A stretch of DNA of 64,000 nucleotides from Eledone cirrhosa (lineage: Eukaryota), in the NCBI GenBank assembly GCA_964016885.1, contig OZ024741.1:23746001-23810000 (forward strand), in the 5' to 3' direction. A model generated the notes under the pieces. The model did no database searches. It was not told the origin of the DNA and saw only the letters and a list, made by a program, of their open reading frames with translations. The position numbers and the translations under genes were made by a program. Below are positions 1 through 12,400 of the stretch, piece after piece; the stretch's first letter is position 1, and each line of letters begins with the position of its first letter.

Positions 1-99
1 TCTGTTGTTTGTAACACTTTTCTTGAATTTGACGTGCTGTAAATATCATATCAATTGTACTTCTTTTGAGCCGAGAGCCACATTGTGATCCCGATAAGA

Positions 100-450
100 T
101 CAGATTTAATATATTACTATTTAGTCATGAAAGCATGAGTGATGCAAGAATTTTATTTGCAGCACAAGGAAAAGCCATCCCTCTATAATTTCTACACACC
201 TCTTGCTGGCCTTTGGTTTTGTATAAAGGGATCATGATTGCATCTTTCCAATCCTTTCGTACTTCACCCTCTCACCATATTTCCAAAACTTTTCAGACAT
301 GATTGCATCTTTCCAATCCTTTGGTACTTCACCCTCTTGTCATATTTCCAGACTTGGTTCATGCATGATTTCTCCTAGTCTTTCACCACCATATCTAAAA
401 ATCTTTGTGAACAATCCCTCCTTTCCTACGGTTTTATCTAAGTTAAGTTT
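100..450 (-). mobile_element. Degraded LINE (RTE-like) reverse transcriptase fragment
   Basis: Minus strand reads ...IFRYGGERL...WQEGEVPKDWKDAII...YRG; about 65 bp is internally duplicated. Confidence 0.65.
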
Positions 451-779
451 CTTGATATATATATATTTCTTCAAGGCTTCATGTGTGTCTGTGTTTGGCA
501 GATCTTCTCTGGCACACCCATCACTTTACAGTATGTATTGTGTATATTTATTGTGCCGATTACCAACATTAGAAATTTGTCATGTCTTTGTCACAACTGA
601 GGGATCCTCCCAGCCCTTTGACAAACATTCTCTGGCTGAAGGCCCTTCCTACCACCAACCACTTTACATCATGTACTGGGTGGATTTATTGTGTAGATCA
701 TCTGTAACAATGCAGTCTTCTCTCTTGCACACTACATCCAAGTGTTTCCCCTCAGCTCACTTATGCTATGTCATTCATA

Positions 780-1330
780 TACACTGTTACATCCAGTTCC
801 TCTTATGCTATGTTGTTCATGCACACTAACATTAAACATCCATTGGAGCATACTCACTTCATTTCTTTCTAGCTAGCCATTGCAGGTCTTTGGCAATTAA
901 GGCACATATTTCATTGCCATGTAATGTTGCAGTTCACATGCAGGCATCATACAGCCTACCCTTCACTCTAAAAGAGAAGCCTTTTATTGTCAGCAGAGGT
1001 ACTAGCTCCCTAAATTTTTCCAGCCTGTTCTGACCCTGACTGTCACACTTTCAATTTATCCTCCCCCACTGCTGATTAGGTTATGTAAGTAACGGAAGCT
1101 GTCAACAACTTCCAAGGAGCCTCCATTGGCAACTGAGGGAATCTATTTTACATTTATTCTTGGTGCTCATTCCTCCTGTACATTTACTACATACAAAGTC
1201 TTCTTCTATAACCTATATCTCTTGTACATCCATAGATTACACTGTGTTCATCTTATGGAATTCCTGCCTAACCCTTTTCTACATATAGAACAAGGCTACT
1301 TCCCTGATGGTATCAGCCTCCTGTCCTCTT
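780..1330 (-). mobile_element. Degraded RTE LINE fragment
   Basis: Reverse complement matches 20020-20340 (gacagcttccgttac...atcagcagtgggggagg, ggtaggctgtatgatgcctgc). Confidence 0.75.
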
Positions 1331-3307
1331 TCTTACTCCAGCATGGCCAAAGTCTAATGACTGAAACATAACAAAGGTCCTTACATTAAATTATGCTAGT
1401 TTTTAAGGTAGATATGAAGAAATGGAGAGAAAGTGATGTCCGAAGGAGTATCCTCCAGTTCCAACTAACTTACCCTCTGCCTATAGGTCCTGGCTGACAG
1501 GATGTAGAATACATTGATCCAGAGGATGGTGAGGGAGACACACTGGAACAGCGACTCCACTTCACGGGGCTCACAGATGTGGGCGGCCAACACTGCTCTG
1601 ATAGCAGTGAGTAGGGATGTGGTCAGGTGACGTAGTACACCAGAAGTCTACACTGCTACAGGCTCTACCACAAACATATCAAAGAGTGCCAGATACTTGG
1701 ACAGTTTGCCCTCTTCAGCTTGAATTTACTCACCTCTAGGTTTTCCTTCCAAGCTTAGAATTTTGCCTCTAATACTAAATTAGGAAGTATGAATGAGACT
1801 GAGTTGTTTGAGGAGCCAAGTAGGCAGTAACTCTTTATAAGAACTGGCTTGGACTGTAACAATTTGCCCAAAACATGCTACTGTGGCAAGCAAATGTAAA
1901 ACTATGATAAAGATGAGGACAATGATGATAATAGAGAGATATAACATTGGGTAGTTACTGTTAGCAATTGGTTGAATAAAAAGTTTCCAGAATTAAAAAT
2001 TTGTATACCAGTCAAAGTCAAACTGTTGTGGCCCATTCGCTTAACGAAAAATTACCTTTAATTTTTTTAGTAGTGTGGCTTGCCTTATAATGAAACATAT
2101 CTCATACAGTGGTCTATACTGTGGCCTTCTAAGTCCCCAGTTATTTTACAATGTTATTTTACACACGTCTATGTCTATTGTTTAATTTAGTAATATACAA
2201 TTGAAATTAGTCTTAATTTTTACCATTCTGATACCAAACCTCTTCAAACCAACCCGATCCACTTTATTTTAAAGTGTTTATATATATCTAAAAACCTTAC
2301 ATCATAATGTTATATAAGAACTTTTGTTAAGTTATATTCCAGCTTAAGTATTACTTATTGTACTTGTTCATGATTTGTCAACACAGTGTACTAGATGATA
2401 CAGCAAATCACATACATGAGTGTGTGTCTGTGAAACATATAGACATGCACAAAGTCCGAACACAAAAGAACCAAACTCCCACTGTCACTGCCTCCATCCT
2501 TCCTGCTCTCCCTATATCTCACTATTGTGAGCAAATGAGGGCCCACACACTGGCTACCCCATGGCCCCGGCAGACAGAATAAAGGTGTTTCCCCTGAGTA
2601 TGGTGAGGGAGACATGCTGGAAGAGCCATTCCAGCTCGCAAGGCTCACACCTGCGGGTAGCCAACTCTGTGCTAATGGTGGTGAGCAGGGAAGTGGCCCT
2701 AGTGCCAAGAACACCAGAAGTTTCTACTGCCACGGGCCTGACCGCAATGAGACAATTGTATTACTAAATCCCTCCAATTTCTTGATTATTTTCAAAATTA
2801 TTTGAAAGTCATAGGGGCAGTGTGTTTCATTAGAAATATGGTAACAAAAGGGCTAAATGAATACCTTAATTATAAAGACATGACTTGTTTCAATCAGCCA
2901 TACATCTTATAGCCCCTCACCACCACCACCTCCACCACTACCCCACCTCCACCACTACCCCCACCACAACCACCACCATCACAACCCCCACCCCCACCAC
3001 CAACACCATCACCAATACCTCAGAGCTCTGAGTTCAAATCCAACTCATGTCAACTTTACCTTTCATCCTCTCAGGGTTGATAAATAACATCAATAAGCTA
3101 GAGATGGTGGATTGACAGAATTGTTGGACAGGAAGACTTGTGCTATCTCTTCTGTCTCTGTAAATTCTGAGTCTTAAAACACGTCCAACCTATGCCAACA
3201 TGGAAAACGGACATAAAATGGTGATGAGGATGATGATGATGATGATTAATGTGTGTGTGTGTGTGTGTGTGTGTGCAGAAAGCTCCTATAGTGTATGTAT
3301 TATTTCC

Positions 3308-3491
3308 TTGGCAGTATCGGTAGAGAGTCGGACGCCATGCTTTGTAGCATAGAGTTACGGCCCTTTATGATCTGAGTTCAAATCCTGCCGAGGTTAACTT
3401 TGCCTTTCATCTTTACAAGGTCGATGAAATAAAGTACCAGTAATGCACTGGGATAATTGCTGGCCTTGTGCCAAAAGTAGAAACAATTATT
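3308..3491 (+). mobile_element. tRNA-derived SINE family 1 (Deu/Nin-like central domain); other copies or fragments near 3025, 16374, 26025, 26208, 26400, 31100, 33105, 56410, 58780, 59143, 61220
   Basis: A-box tggcagtatcgg, B-box gagttcaaatcc, central gcctttcatcc..ggggtcgataaaataaagtaccag, (att)n tail; many similar copies in the window. Confidence 0.85.
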
Positions 3492-3867
3492 TTTTACTCC
3501 ATATGATGATGATGATGGTGTGTGTGTGTGTGCGTATGTCAGTCTGTGTATGTATGTATGTAGAAAGCTCCTATAGTGTTTGTATTGTTTCTCACTCCAT
3601 ACACTAATGTTAATGATGTTGGTGTGTGTATGTCTGTCTGTGTATATGTATGTGTGTATATGTCTGTCTGTGTATATATATATGTGTGTGTGTTAAAACT
3701 TCTGTAGTGTTTCTACTATTTCTCTATATACTAATGATAGATCTCACTGCATAATTCTTTAAATTCTTTTCTTACCTTCTGACAACAAATTAACTGACTT
3801 CCCAACTTCACACACTGACTGGCACAACATTCCATTCAATATTGCATTGGCCAGTCATTACTCCACC

Positions 3868-4210
3868 CTCTTTATAAACTAAGATCTGTCTTAATAATCT
3901 CTCTTTGTAAACTTAGTAAGACTTGTCTTAATAATCTCTCTTTATAAACTTACTAAGATCTGTCTTAATAAGCAATTCTATATGAGCAAGACACGATCAC
4001 CTGACCCAACTTACCTCAAATGGGACAAGCCGTCTAAGCCATGCTAGCATAGAAAATGGACATTAAACAATGATGATGATGATGAATCTCTCTTTATAAA
4101 GTTGCTAAGATCTGTCATAATAATCCCTGTTTATAAAGTCACTAAGTTCTGTCTTAATAATCCCTGTTTATAAACTTACTAAGTTCTGTCTTAATAATCC
4201 CTCTTTATAA
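3868..4210. repeat. ~37-bp minisatellite interrupted by a SINE/LINE 3' end (about 3972-4085)
   Basis: Repeated ctctctttataaacttactaagatctgtcttaataat. Confidence 0.8.
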
Positions 4211-4244
4211 TAATGTGGTCTGTGAAATACCATTAACAATGTGG

Positions 4245-5075
4245 GCTAAGCACTTTTTGTCATGACACCTACACGACCACTTTACAGTGGACTGGTTGCT
4301 TTTTGTCATGGCACCTACACAACCACTTTACAGTGTGGACTGGGTGCTTTTTGTCATGACACCCACACGACCACTTTACAGTGGACTGGGTGCTTTTTGT
4401 CATGACACCCACACGACCACTTTACAGTGGACTGGGTGCTTTTTGTCATGGCACCTACACAACCACTTTACAGTGTGGACTGGGTGCTTTTTGTCATGAC
4501 ACCCACACGACCACTTTACAGTGGACTGGGTGCTTTCTGTCATGACACCTACACAACCACTTTACAGTGTGGACTGGGGACTTTTTGTCATGACACCTAG
4601 ACGACCACTTTACAGTGGACTGGGTGCTTTTTGTCATGGCATCTACACAACCACTTTACAGTGGACTGGGTGCTTTTTGTCATGGCACCTACACAACCAC
4701 TTTACAGTGTGGACTGGGTTCTTTTTGTCATGGCACCTACACAACCACTTTACAGTGTGGGTTGGGTGCTTTTTGTCATGGCACCTACACAACCACTTTA
4801 CAGTGTGGACTGGGTGCTTTTTGTCATGACACCCACACGACCACTTTACAGTAGACTGGGTGCTTTTTGTCATGACACCTACACAACCACTTTACAGTAT
4901 GTGCTGGGTGCTTTCTGTCATGACACCTACACGACCTGTTTACAGTATGTGCTGGGCACTGTTTGACACACCTACACGACCAGTTTACAGTGTGGTCTGG
5001 GTGTTTTTTGTCATGACACCCACACAACCACTTTACAGTGTGGGTTGGACACTGTTTGTCATACCTACATGATCA
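4245..5075. repeat. 46/48-bp minisatellite, about 18 copies
   Basis: Unit gtgctttttgtcatgacacccacacgaccactttacagt(gt)ggactgg. Confidence 0.95.
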
Positions 5076-5319
5076 TTCCACTATGTCATCTTGTTTCAAT
5101 AGTTGCTAGGTGCTGAGACAAGATGTTTCTTCTTTATTCACAATCTTGGAATGTTTGTGGGAGAAGAGTTGCTTGCGTGAGCTAGGAGTGTTTGTAAAAA
5201 TATAGAAAATATATCTAAGTTGATATGTTTTGCTAATCTCAGAAATCAGAATAAAGATTAATACCTCAACTCTATGTAGCAAAGAGGAAATGACAAGGTG
5301 TGTGTGTATATATATATAT

Positions 5320-5652
5320 ATCATCATCATTTTATGTCCGCTTTTCCCTGCTTGCAAGGGTGGGACAGGAACTGATTCTGGCTTGATTTTTACAGCTGGA
5401 TGCCCTTCCTAACACCAACTTCATTTACAGTGAGTGCTGGATGCTTTTTTACCGTGGTACCTCCACGTTCACTTTGCAGTGGAATGATAGGGACCCCAGT
5501 CCCTATCATCTCATTTATACAGCTGAGTAAACTGGACCAATGTGAAATAAAGTGTCTTGTTCAAGGAAACAACACATGGCCCGGTCTGAGAATTGAACTC
5601 ACAACCTTTCGATTGCAAGGCCAATGCTCTAACCACTAAGCCACTTGCGTCC
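5320..5652 (-). mobile_element. tRNA-derived SINE family 2 with RTE-like 3' tail
   Basis: Reverse complement of 14779-15113. Confidence 0.88.
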
Positions 5653-5744
5653 AATATACACACACACGCACACATATATATATACACTTTTTGATGAGTT
5701 GTAGTGCACCTGAGCACTGTACACAATATTTCATTATTATTATA

Positions 5745-5811
<67 letters not shown>

Positions 5812-6086
5812 TATAGATAAGAAGGAATTAGTGATGCATCAAAACTCAATTTATTAACATATTACAAATGTTTCTCCAACGATCAGCTCAAGGCAGGATC
5901 TATTATAGATTGAACCTGACTCTGCATTCGCAAGGTCCTCAGATATGTTTATCGTTTTCAAGGCATTTCTTCCAACTCAAGAAATGCCTTGAAAACGATA
6001 AACATATAAATACATATATATATATATATATGTATGTATTTCTACAGGACTAGAACTGTTTCATTCGTATGAAATCAGCAGGATAT

Positions 6087-6440
6087 ATCATCATCATTTT
6101 ATGTCCGCTTTTCCCTGCTTGCAAGGGTGGGGCGGGTCCTATTCAGCATCTCTCCACTTGTCACGGTCCTTCGTCATCTCCTCTGTGAGTTTCAGCAATC
6201 TGAGGTCTGCTCTCGCCACCTCCGCCCATGTTTTTTGTGGTCTACCTCTACTGCGTCTTCCTTCTACTGGGACTTTCTGGCACTTCTTTACCCAGTGGTC
6301 ATCCTCCATGCGCATCACATGTCCATACCATATCAGTCTTCTCTCCTGCACACCACAACTTATCCCTCTTATACCCAGTTTCTTTCTCAACTCATCTATG
6401 CTTGGTCGTTCACACACATTGACATTGCACATCCAATAAA
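6087..6440 (-). mobile_element. RTE LINE 3' fragment with (GAT)n tail
   Basis: ORF WMCNV...[20 protein letters not shown]...GRRSRGRPQKTW. Confidence 0.9.
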
Positions 6441-6900
6441 TATAGGAGGACCTGTCAGTTTGTGTCAAAAGACACATCACCTCCTCTGCACTCTATAATG
6501 ATCATACATAAGTGAGATACAGACTTCCTTGACCTGTGTGATACATCAGTGGCTCCGCTTCAGTACTGAGTTGGTCTATGTAGACCTGTCCAACCCTTGC
6601 TAGCAGGGAAAGTGGACTTTAAATGATGATGATGATGATATGTATATATATATATTTATTTTATTAAGGCTAAATAGTCAGTCAAAAACTGACCTCTGAT
6701 GACCCTGTGATTAAAACGTCTCACTATTTATCCTTAATAAAATGAATATTAAAACTCTACTTTGGTATTGAGTAATCTTTTCTCTCAGCTGTCAACCACA
6801 CACACACACACATATATATGACTATACCCTTGATAAGGTTTGCTTAACACACAAGCCAAAACCACTTGGCACCACGGTCAGGATTTTACACATCTATCTA

Positions 6901-6940
<40 letters not shown>

Positions 6941-7928
6941 AGAATTGTAATAATGGTATATTACATTGGTGGCACAAGCCCAAATAATAATGATAATAAA
7001 AATGAAAAAGAGTCTTCTATAAAAGTTTTAGCATGAGTTGGTCATATCTGTTCTGTGTAAAAGGTTAGCTTTGGAATGTTTTCACAAAAGTTTACTTTAT
7101 AAAACTCATGATGGGAGGTTCTTTATTTTATTTTATTTTATTTTTTTGTCATTTAATCTCTCTCCATGCTACTAGATAATTTATTTAAACTATGAAATTG
7201 TAAGCAAGTCAGGCATTTTTGTATGAGTATTTAGGTTTCTACAGGCTTGTTCTTAAGCAAGAGGTTTCATCCACTCCTTTTTCGTGGATTTGCTTATGTG
7301 TAAGTATACTGTCTCCACTCTTCATTTTTCATGGGCTATTTGTGGCTCTCTGTTTCAGTAAGGTATGTAGAAAAGACTATTAATGTGTACTTGTTTTCAA
7401 CCTTTTTGATGCCAAACCATATACTCTCAGGTCTCAAATAATCATCCCTGCCCTACTTATTAATTTTTCAGATTTTTTCCAACTTCTCCCCCCCTCTTAT
7501 TGTCTCACAACATTTTTGAATAATTGGATATAAACTCCCTTGAAACATGTGTAAGGAATTAAATATGATTCCAAAGATAATTTTCCCATCTATATCATCA
7601 TCATCATCATTGTTTAAGGCCATCTTCCACACTAGCAGGGGTAGGATATATACTTGTTTATATTTGCTCTGTGTTTATGTCTACATCTCCAAATCTTTCT
7701 CACTAAAAACTTCTTTATCTTCAAACCTATATAATATATAAACACATTGAGCTAATTCTGAAAAGACGTGACAATTATATATTATCATATATAATTCTCT
7801 ACTTTCCTTGAACCTTGGATATTTAGTTATACCTTTACTATATATATATATATCTAAACCCGTGCTAGCGTAGAAGATAGACGTTAAACGATGATGAATA
7901 TATATATATATATATAATATAGAAATGG

Positions 7929-7975
7929 CTTCTACAGGATTAGAACTGTTTCATTTGAAAGAAATCATCAGGAAA
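7929..7975 (-). ncRNA. Minimal type I hammerhead ribozyme-like motif (Penelope-associated); mutated sister copy at about 6040-6083
   Basis: Minus strand UUUC-CUGAUGA-uuucuuucaaau-GAAA-CAG-uucuaauc-CUGUA-GAAG; stems I and III pair, stem II is weak. Confidence 0.5.
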
Positions 7976-8183
7976 ACCCCAGGGCTTTCATATCCTTGAC
8001 TTTCTTATAATTTTGAATATATATATATATACACACACATGCACATATGTGTGTGTGTGCGTGTAGATATATAGATATATATTCAAAATTATAAGAAAGT
8101 CAAGGATATGAAATTATCATTTATTCTTTTAATTCTATGCACGTTTCGTCTTACTGAAGAAAATAGTGAAATACTACACTATA

Positions 8184-8232
<49 letters not shown>

Positions 8233-8378
8233 TTGCAAGATTTTTTATCTGAAAATGTGTTGAAAGAGATATTGTTATATATATATATATATTTTTTTTT
8301 TTCACAGCAATAGTAATGCCTTTTAGAAAACAACTAGTAAATAGAGATACTTTTTTGTGGTGTTATTTTAGCTGAGAT

Positions 8379-9050
8379 TTAACCCTTTTGTTACCATATT
8401 TCGAATGAAATACACAGCTAATGTGTTTCATTTAATTTTGAAAGTAAGCAAGTATTTGAAGAGGTTTAGTAATATAACTAACTTCCTTATTAAGTTCTTG
8501 GAGTACAACTTAACAAAAACTCCTTGCATACAATTATGATGAAAGGTTTTGATATAACTATGAACACTTTAAAACAGGCAGTTTTAAGTCATTTCAAGGC
8601 AGTTTAAGGCTGGTTTTAAAAGAAGTATGAAGATTTTAAAGCTGGTAGTTTTAAGTCATAGAAACAAGGGTAGTTTGAGGTAGGTTTTAATATAAGTATG
8701 AACACTTTACAATAGGCAATTTTAAGTCATTTCAAGGCAGTTTGATGCAGGTTTTAATATAAGTATGAACACTTTAAAACAGGCAGTTTTAAGTCATTTC
8801 AAGGCAGTTTAAGGCTGGTTTTAAAAGAAGTATGAAGATTTTAAAGCTGGTAGTTTTAAGTCATAGAAACAAGGGTAGTTTGAGGTAGGTTTTAATATAA
8901 GTATGAACACTTTACAATAGGCAATTTTAAGTCATTTCAAGGCAGTTTGATGCAGGTTTTAATATAAGTATGAACACTTTAAAACAGGCAGTTTTAAGTC
9001 ATATAAGCAAGGGTAGTTTGAGGCAGGTTGATATCAAAAACGTAAAGGAA
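8379..9050. mobile_element. piggyBac-like MITE family A with internal ~205-bp tandem duplication made of ~50-bp subunits (8560-9030)
   Basis: Starts ttaacccttttgttaccatatt, the reverse complement of the family A end at 2830-2858 and 62155-62180. Confidence 0.7.
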
Positions 9051-9326
9051 AGTTAGAAAATAAACACAAAACTATGTTACCTTACTTTTAAACAACATCA
9101 TGGACATGGAAACAGGAGATTGATATATATAAATGATTGCTGGTCTTCTACAAAATACCTAGATTTTCTCAGTATAAACCCTTGGTCAACCATAAACGGG
9201 GGGGGGGGGGCTATAATAGAAGTGAAATTATCAACTGATTTATTGATCAAATTTATTATTTTTTTCTTCAATTAATTCTGTTTGTATTATTTTCAGACTT
9301 ACTTTCAAGTAACATATAGTTGCATT

Positions 9327-9476
9327 ATGGACCATCAGTGGAAGAAAGGAAACAAAATATTTGGTAACAACAATGACTGGAACCGAAGTAACAGCTTCAT
9401 GAACAAACCTGAAGATGGATGGTTACACAGAGATGAACAACTCTGTTCAGATGCTGGAGTATGTTATGGTGTAAGG
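9327..9476 (+). CDS. SHC1: Shc coding exon 1 (MDHQWKKG...[28 protein letters not shown]), start of PTB; exon probably begins at 9297
   Basis: Acceptor tttcag ends 9296, ATG at 9327, donor gttagt at 9477; resembles Shc SFVNKPTRGWLHP...GVSYLVR. Confidence 0.88.
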
Positions 9477-12400
9477 GTTAGTAGCATTTTTAATACAATT
9501 ATATCACCAATATTCTGGGGTTAGTAGCATTTTTATTACAAGTATACCACCAATATTCTGGGGTTAGTAGTATTCTAATACAAGTATACCACCAATATTC
9601 TGGGGTTAGTAGTATTTCTAACACAAGTATACCACCAATATTCTGGGGTTAGTAGTATTTCTAATACAAGTATACCACAAATATTCTGGGGTTAGTAGTA
9701 TTTCTAATACATGTATACCAGCAATATTCTGGTAACTGTCTGACATCTCTTTAAATTCAGACATAATTATGAACAGACATTGGAATTTTTTGCAACCCAC
9801 CAGACTAATTAATTCACATTAGCAGGTTAGTTGTCTCATAAGAATTAATTTTAAACAAGTACACTCTGAAAGTGCTAATGCTGGTGCCACAGTAAAATGC
9901 ATTAAATGCACCCAATGCACTCTGAAAGTGGTAATACTGGTGCCACAGTAAAATGCATTAAATGCACCCAATGCACTCTGAAAGTGGTAATGCTGGTACC
10001 ACAGTAAAATGCATTAAATGCACCCAATGCACTCTGAAAGTGGTAATGCTGGTACCACAGTAAAATGCATTAAATGCACCCAATGCACTCTGAAAGTGGT
10101 AATGCTGGTGCCACAGTAAAATGCATTAAATGCACCCATTGCACTCTGAAAGTGGTAATACTGGTACCACAGTAAAATGCATTAAATGCACCCAATGCAC
10201 TCTGAAAGTGGTAATGCTGGTACCACAGTAAAATGCATTAAATGCACCCAATGCACTCTGAAAGTGGTAATGCTGGTACCACAGTAAAATGCATTAAATG
10301 CACCCAATGCACTCTGAAAGTGGTAATGCTGGTGCCACAGTAAAATGCATTAAATGCACCCAATGCACTTTGAAAGTGGTAATGCTGGTGCCACAGTAAA
10401 ATGCATTAAATGCACCCAATGCACTCTGAAAGTGCTAATGCTGGTGCCACAGTAAAATGCATTAAATGCACCCAATGCACTTTGAAAGTGGTAATACTGG
10501 TACCACAGTAAAATGCATTAAATGCACCCAATGCACTTTGAAAGTGGTAATGCTGGTGCCACAGTAAAATGCATTAAATGCACCCAATGCATTCTGAAAG
10601 TGGTAATACTGGTACCACAGTAAAATGCATTAAATGCACCCAATGCACTTTGAAAGTGGTAATGCTGGTGCCACAGTAAAATGCATTAAATGCACCCAAT
10701 GCACTCTGAAAGTGGTAATACTGGTACCACAGTAAAATGCATTAAATGCACCCAATGCACTCTGAAAGTGGTAATGCTGGTACCACAGTAAAATGCATTA
10801 AATGCACCCAGTACACCATGTAAGTCGTAATGCTGGTGCCACAGTAAAATGCACCCAATGCACTCTGAAAGTGGTAATGCTGGTGCCACAGTAAAATGCA
10901 TTAAATGCACCCAATGCATTCTGAAAGTGGTAATACTGGTACCACAGTAAAATGCATTAAATGCACCCAATGCACTTTGAAAGTGGTAATGCTGGTGCCA
11001 CAGTAAAATGCATTAAATGCACCCAATGCACTCTGAAAGTGGTAATGCTGGTGCCATTAAATGCACCCAATACACTTTGAAAGTGGTAATGCTGGTGCCA
11101 CAGTAAAATGCATTAAATGCACCCAGTACACCCCGTAAGTGGTAATGCTGGTGCCACAATAAAATTCATTAAATGCACCCAGTACACCCTGTAAGTGGTA
11201 ATGCTGGTGCCACAGTAAAATTCATTAAATGCACCCAGTACACCCTGTAAGTGGTAATGCTGGTGCCACAATAAAATTCATTAAATGCACCCAGTACACC
11301 CTGTAAGTGGTAATGCTGGTGCCACAGTAAAATTCATTAAATGCACCCAGTAGACCCTGTAAGTGGTAATGCTGGTGCCACAATAAAATTCATTAAATGC
11401 ACCCAGTACACCCTGTAAGTGGTAGTACTGGTGCCACAGTAAAATGCATTAACCCTTTAGCATTTACATTACTCTATATATACTAATGTATTTTGTGGTA
11501 AAGATTTTATCTCACATAATTATCTCCAATAATATCGAATCCACGATATTTTGATGTTATTTATTTAGAGAACAATACCTTAACATCAGTATGAGCACTC
11601 ATTTACGGCTGGTTTGAACAGAAAGTGGTGAGAGAACTGTGGCTGGATATGGGTGGTTTAAATGCCAAAGTACACCCAGTACACCCTATAAGTGTTAATG
11701 TTGGTACCACAATAAAAAGGCAGTGAGTAAAGTCTGTAGGAGACTATGAGCAAAATGTAGTCATATGACCAGTTTAGCCTCAGTGCATGACAGTAGGGTT
11801 GGATTTAGAGGGGGGGGCACTTCAGCCCCCCCCCCCATACACAAACACATAGAATACCCCCCCCCCCCTAAATTTTACATATCAAAGTTAGCTTGGAGCA
11901 AGTAATTGGAATTGAAAAGTTATACATGCAGGTATTAAATGTATGTGTGTATGTGTGTGCATGCATCCACGTCTGTGTGTGTACACTGCGGTGGTGCCAC
12001 CAGTGTGGAAAGTATCAATGCTGGTGGTGATTAAGTTCGGGAGTAGACATGGCTGAATGGTTAAGAAGTTTGCTTTGCAATCATGAGATCTAAAGTTTGA
12101 TCCCACTGCATGACTTGTACAAATGTCTTTACCACAGTTCCAGGTAAACTTAAACCTTGTGAATATAACTGGAGAGATAGAAACTGTGAAAAATCTGTTG
12201 GATGTGTTGGACCTGTAATTCAAAGGTCCAACCTTGTTACACATATTGTGTCAACCTGATTAAGATTGAGAATTACATTAACCCGTTAGTATTAACCCAT
12301 TAGATGGGCTCCACCAGGCTTAAAATGCCCAAGAAATGCTGTATGTTAATACGGTGCCCCTACAACTCTATCGGGAGTTAGAGGACCATACCATATCTAC

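Noticed and set aside
9860-11452. CRISPR-like appearance of regular repeats (also 4245-5075 and 9477-9732)
   Set aside because: Head-to-tail tandem units with no unique spacers, no cas genes, and a eukaryotic intronic context.
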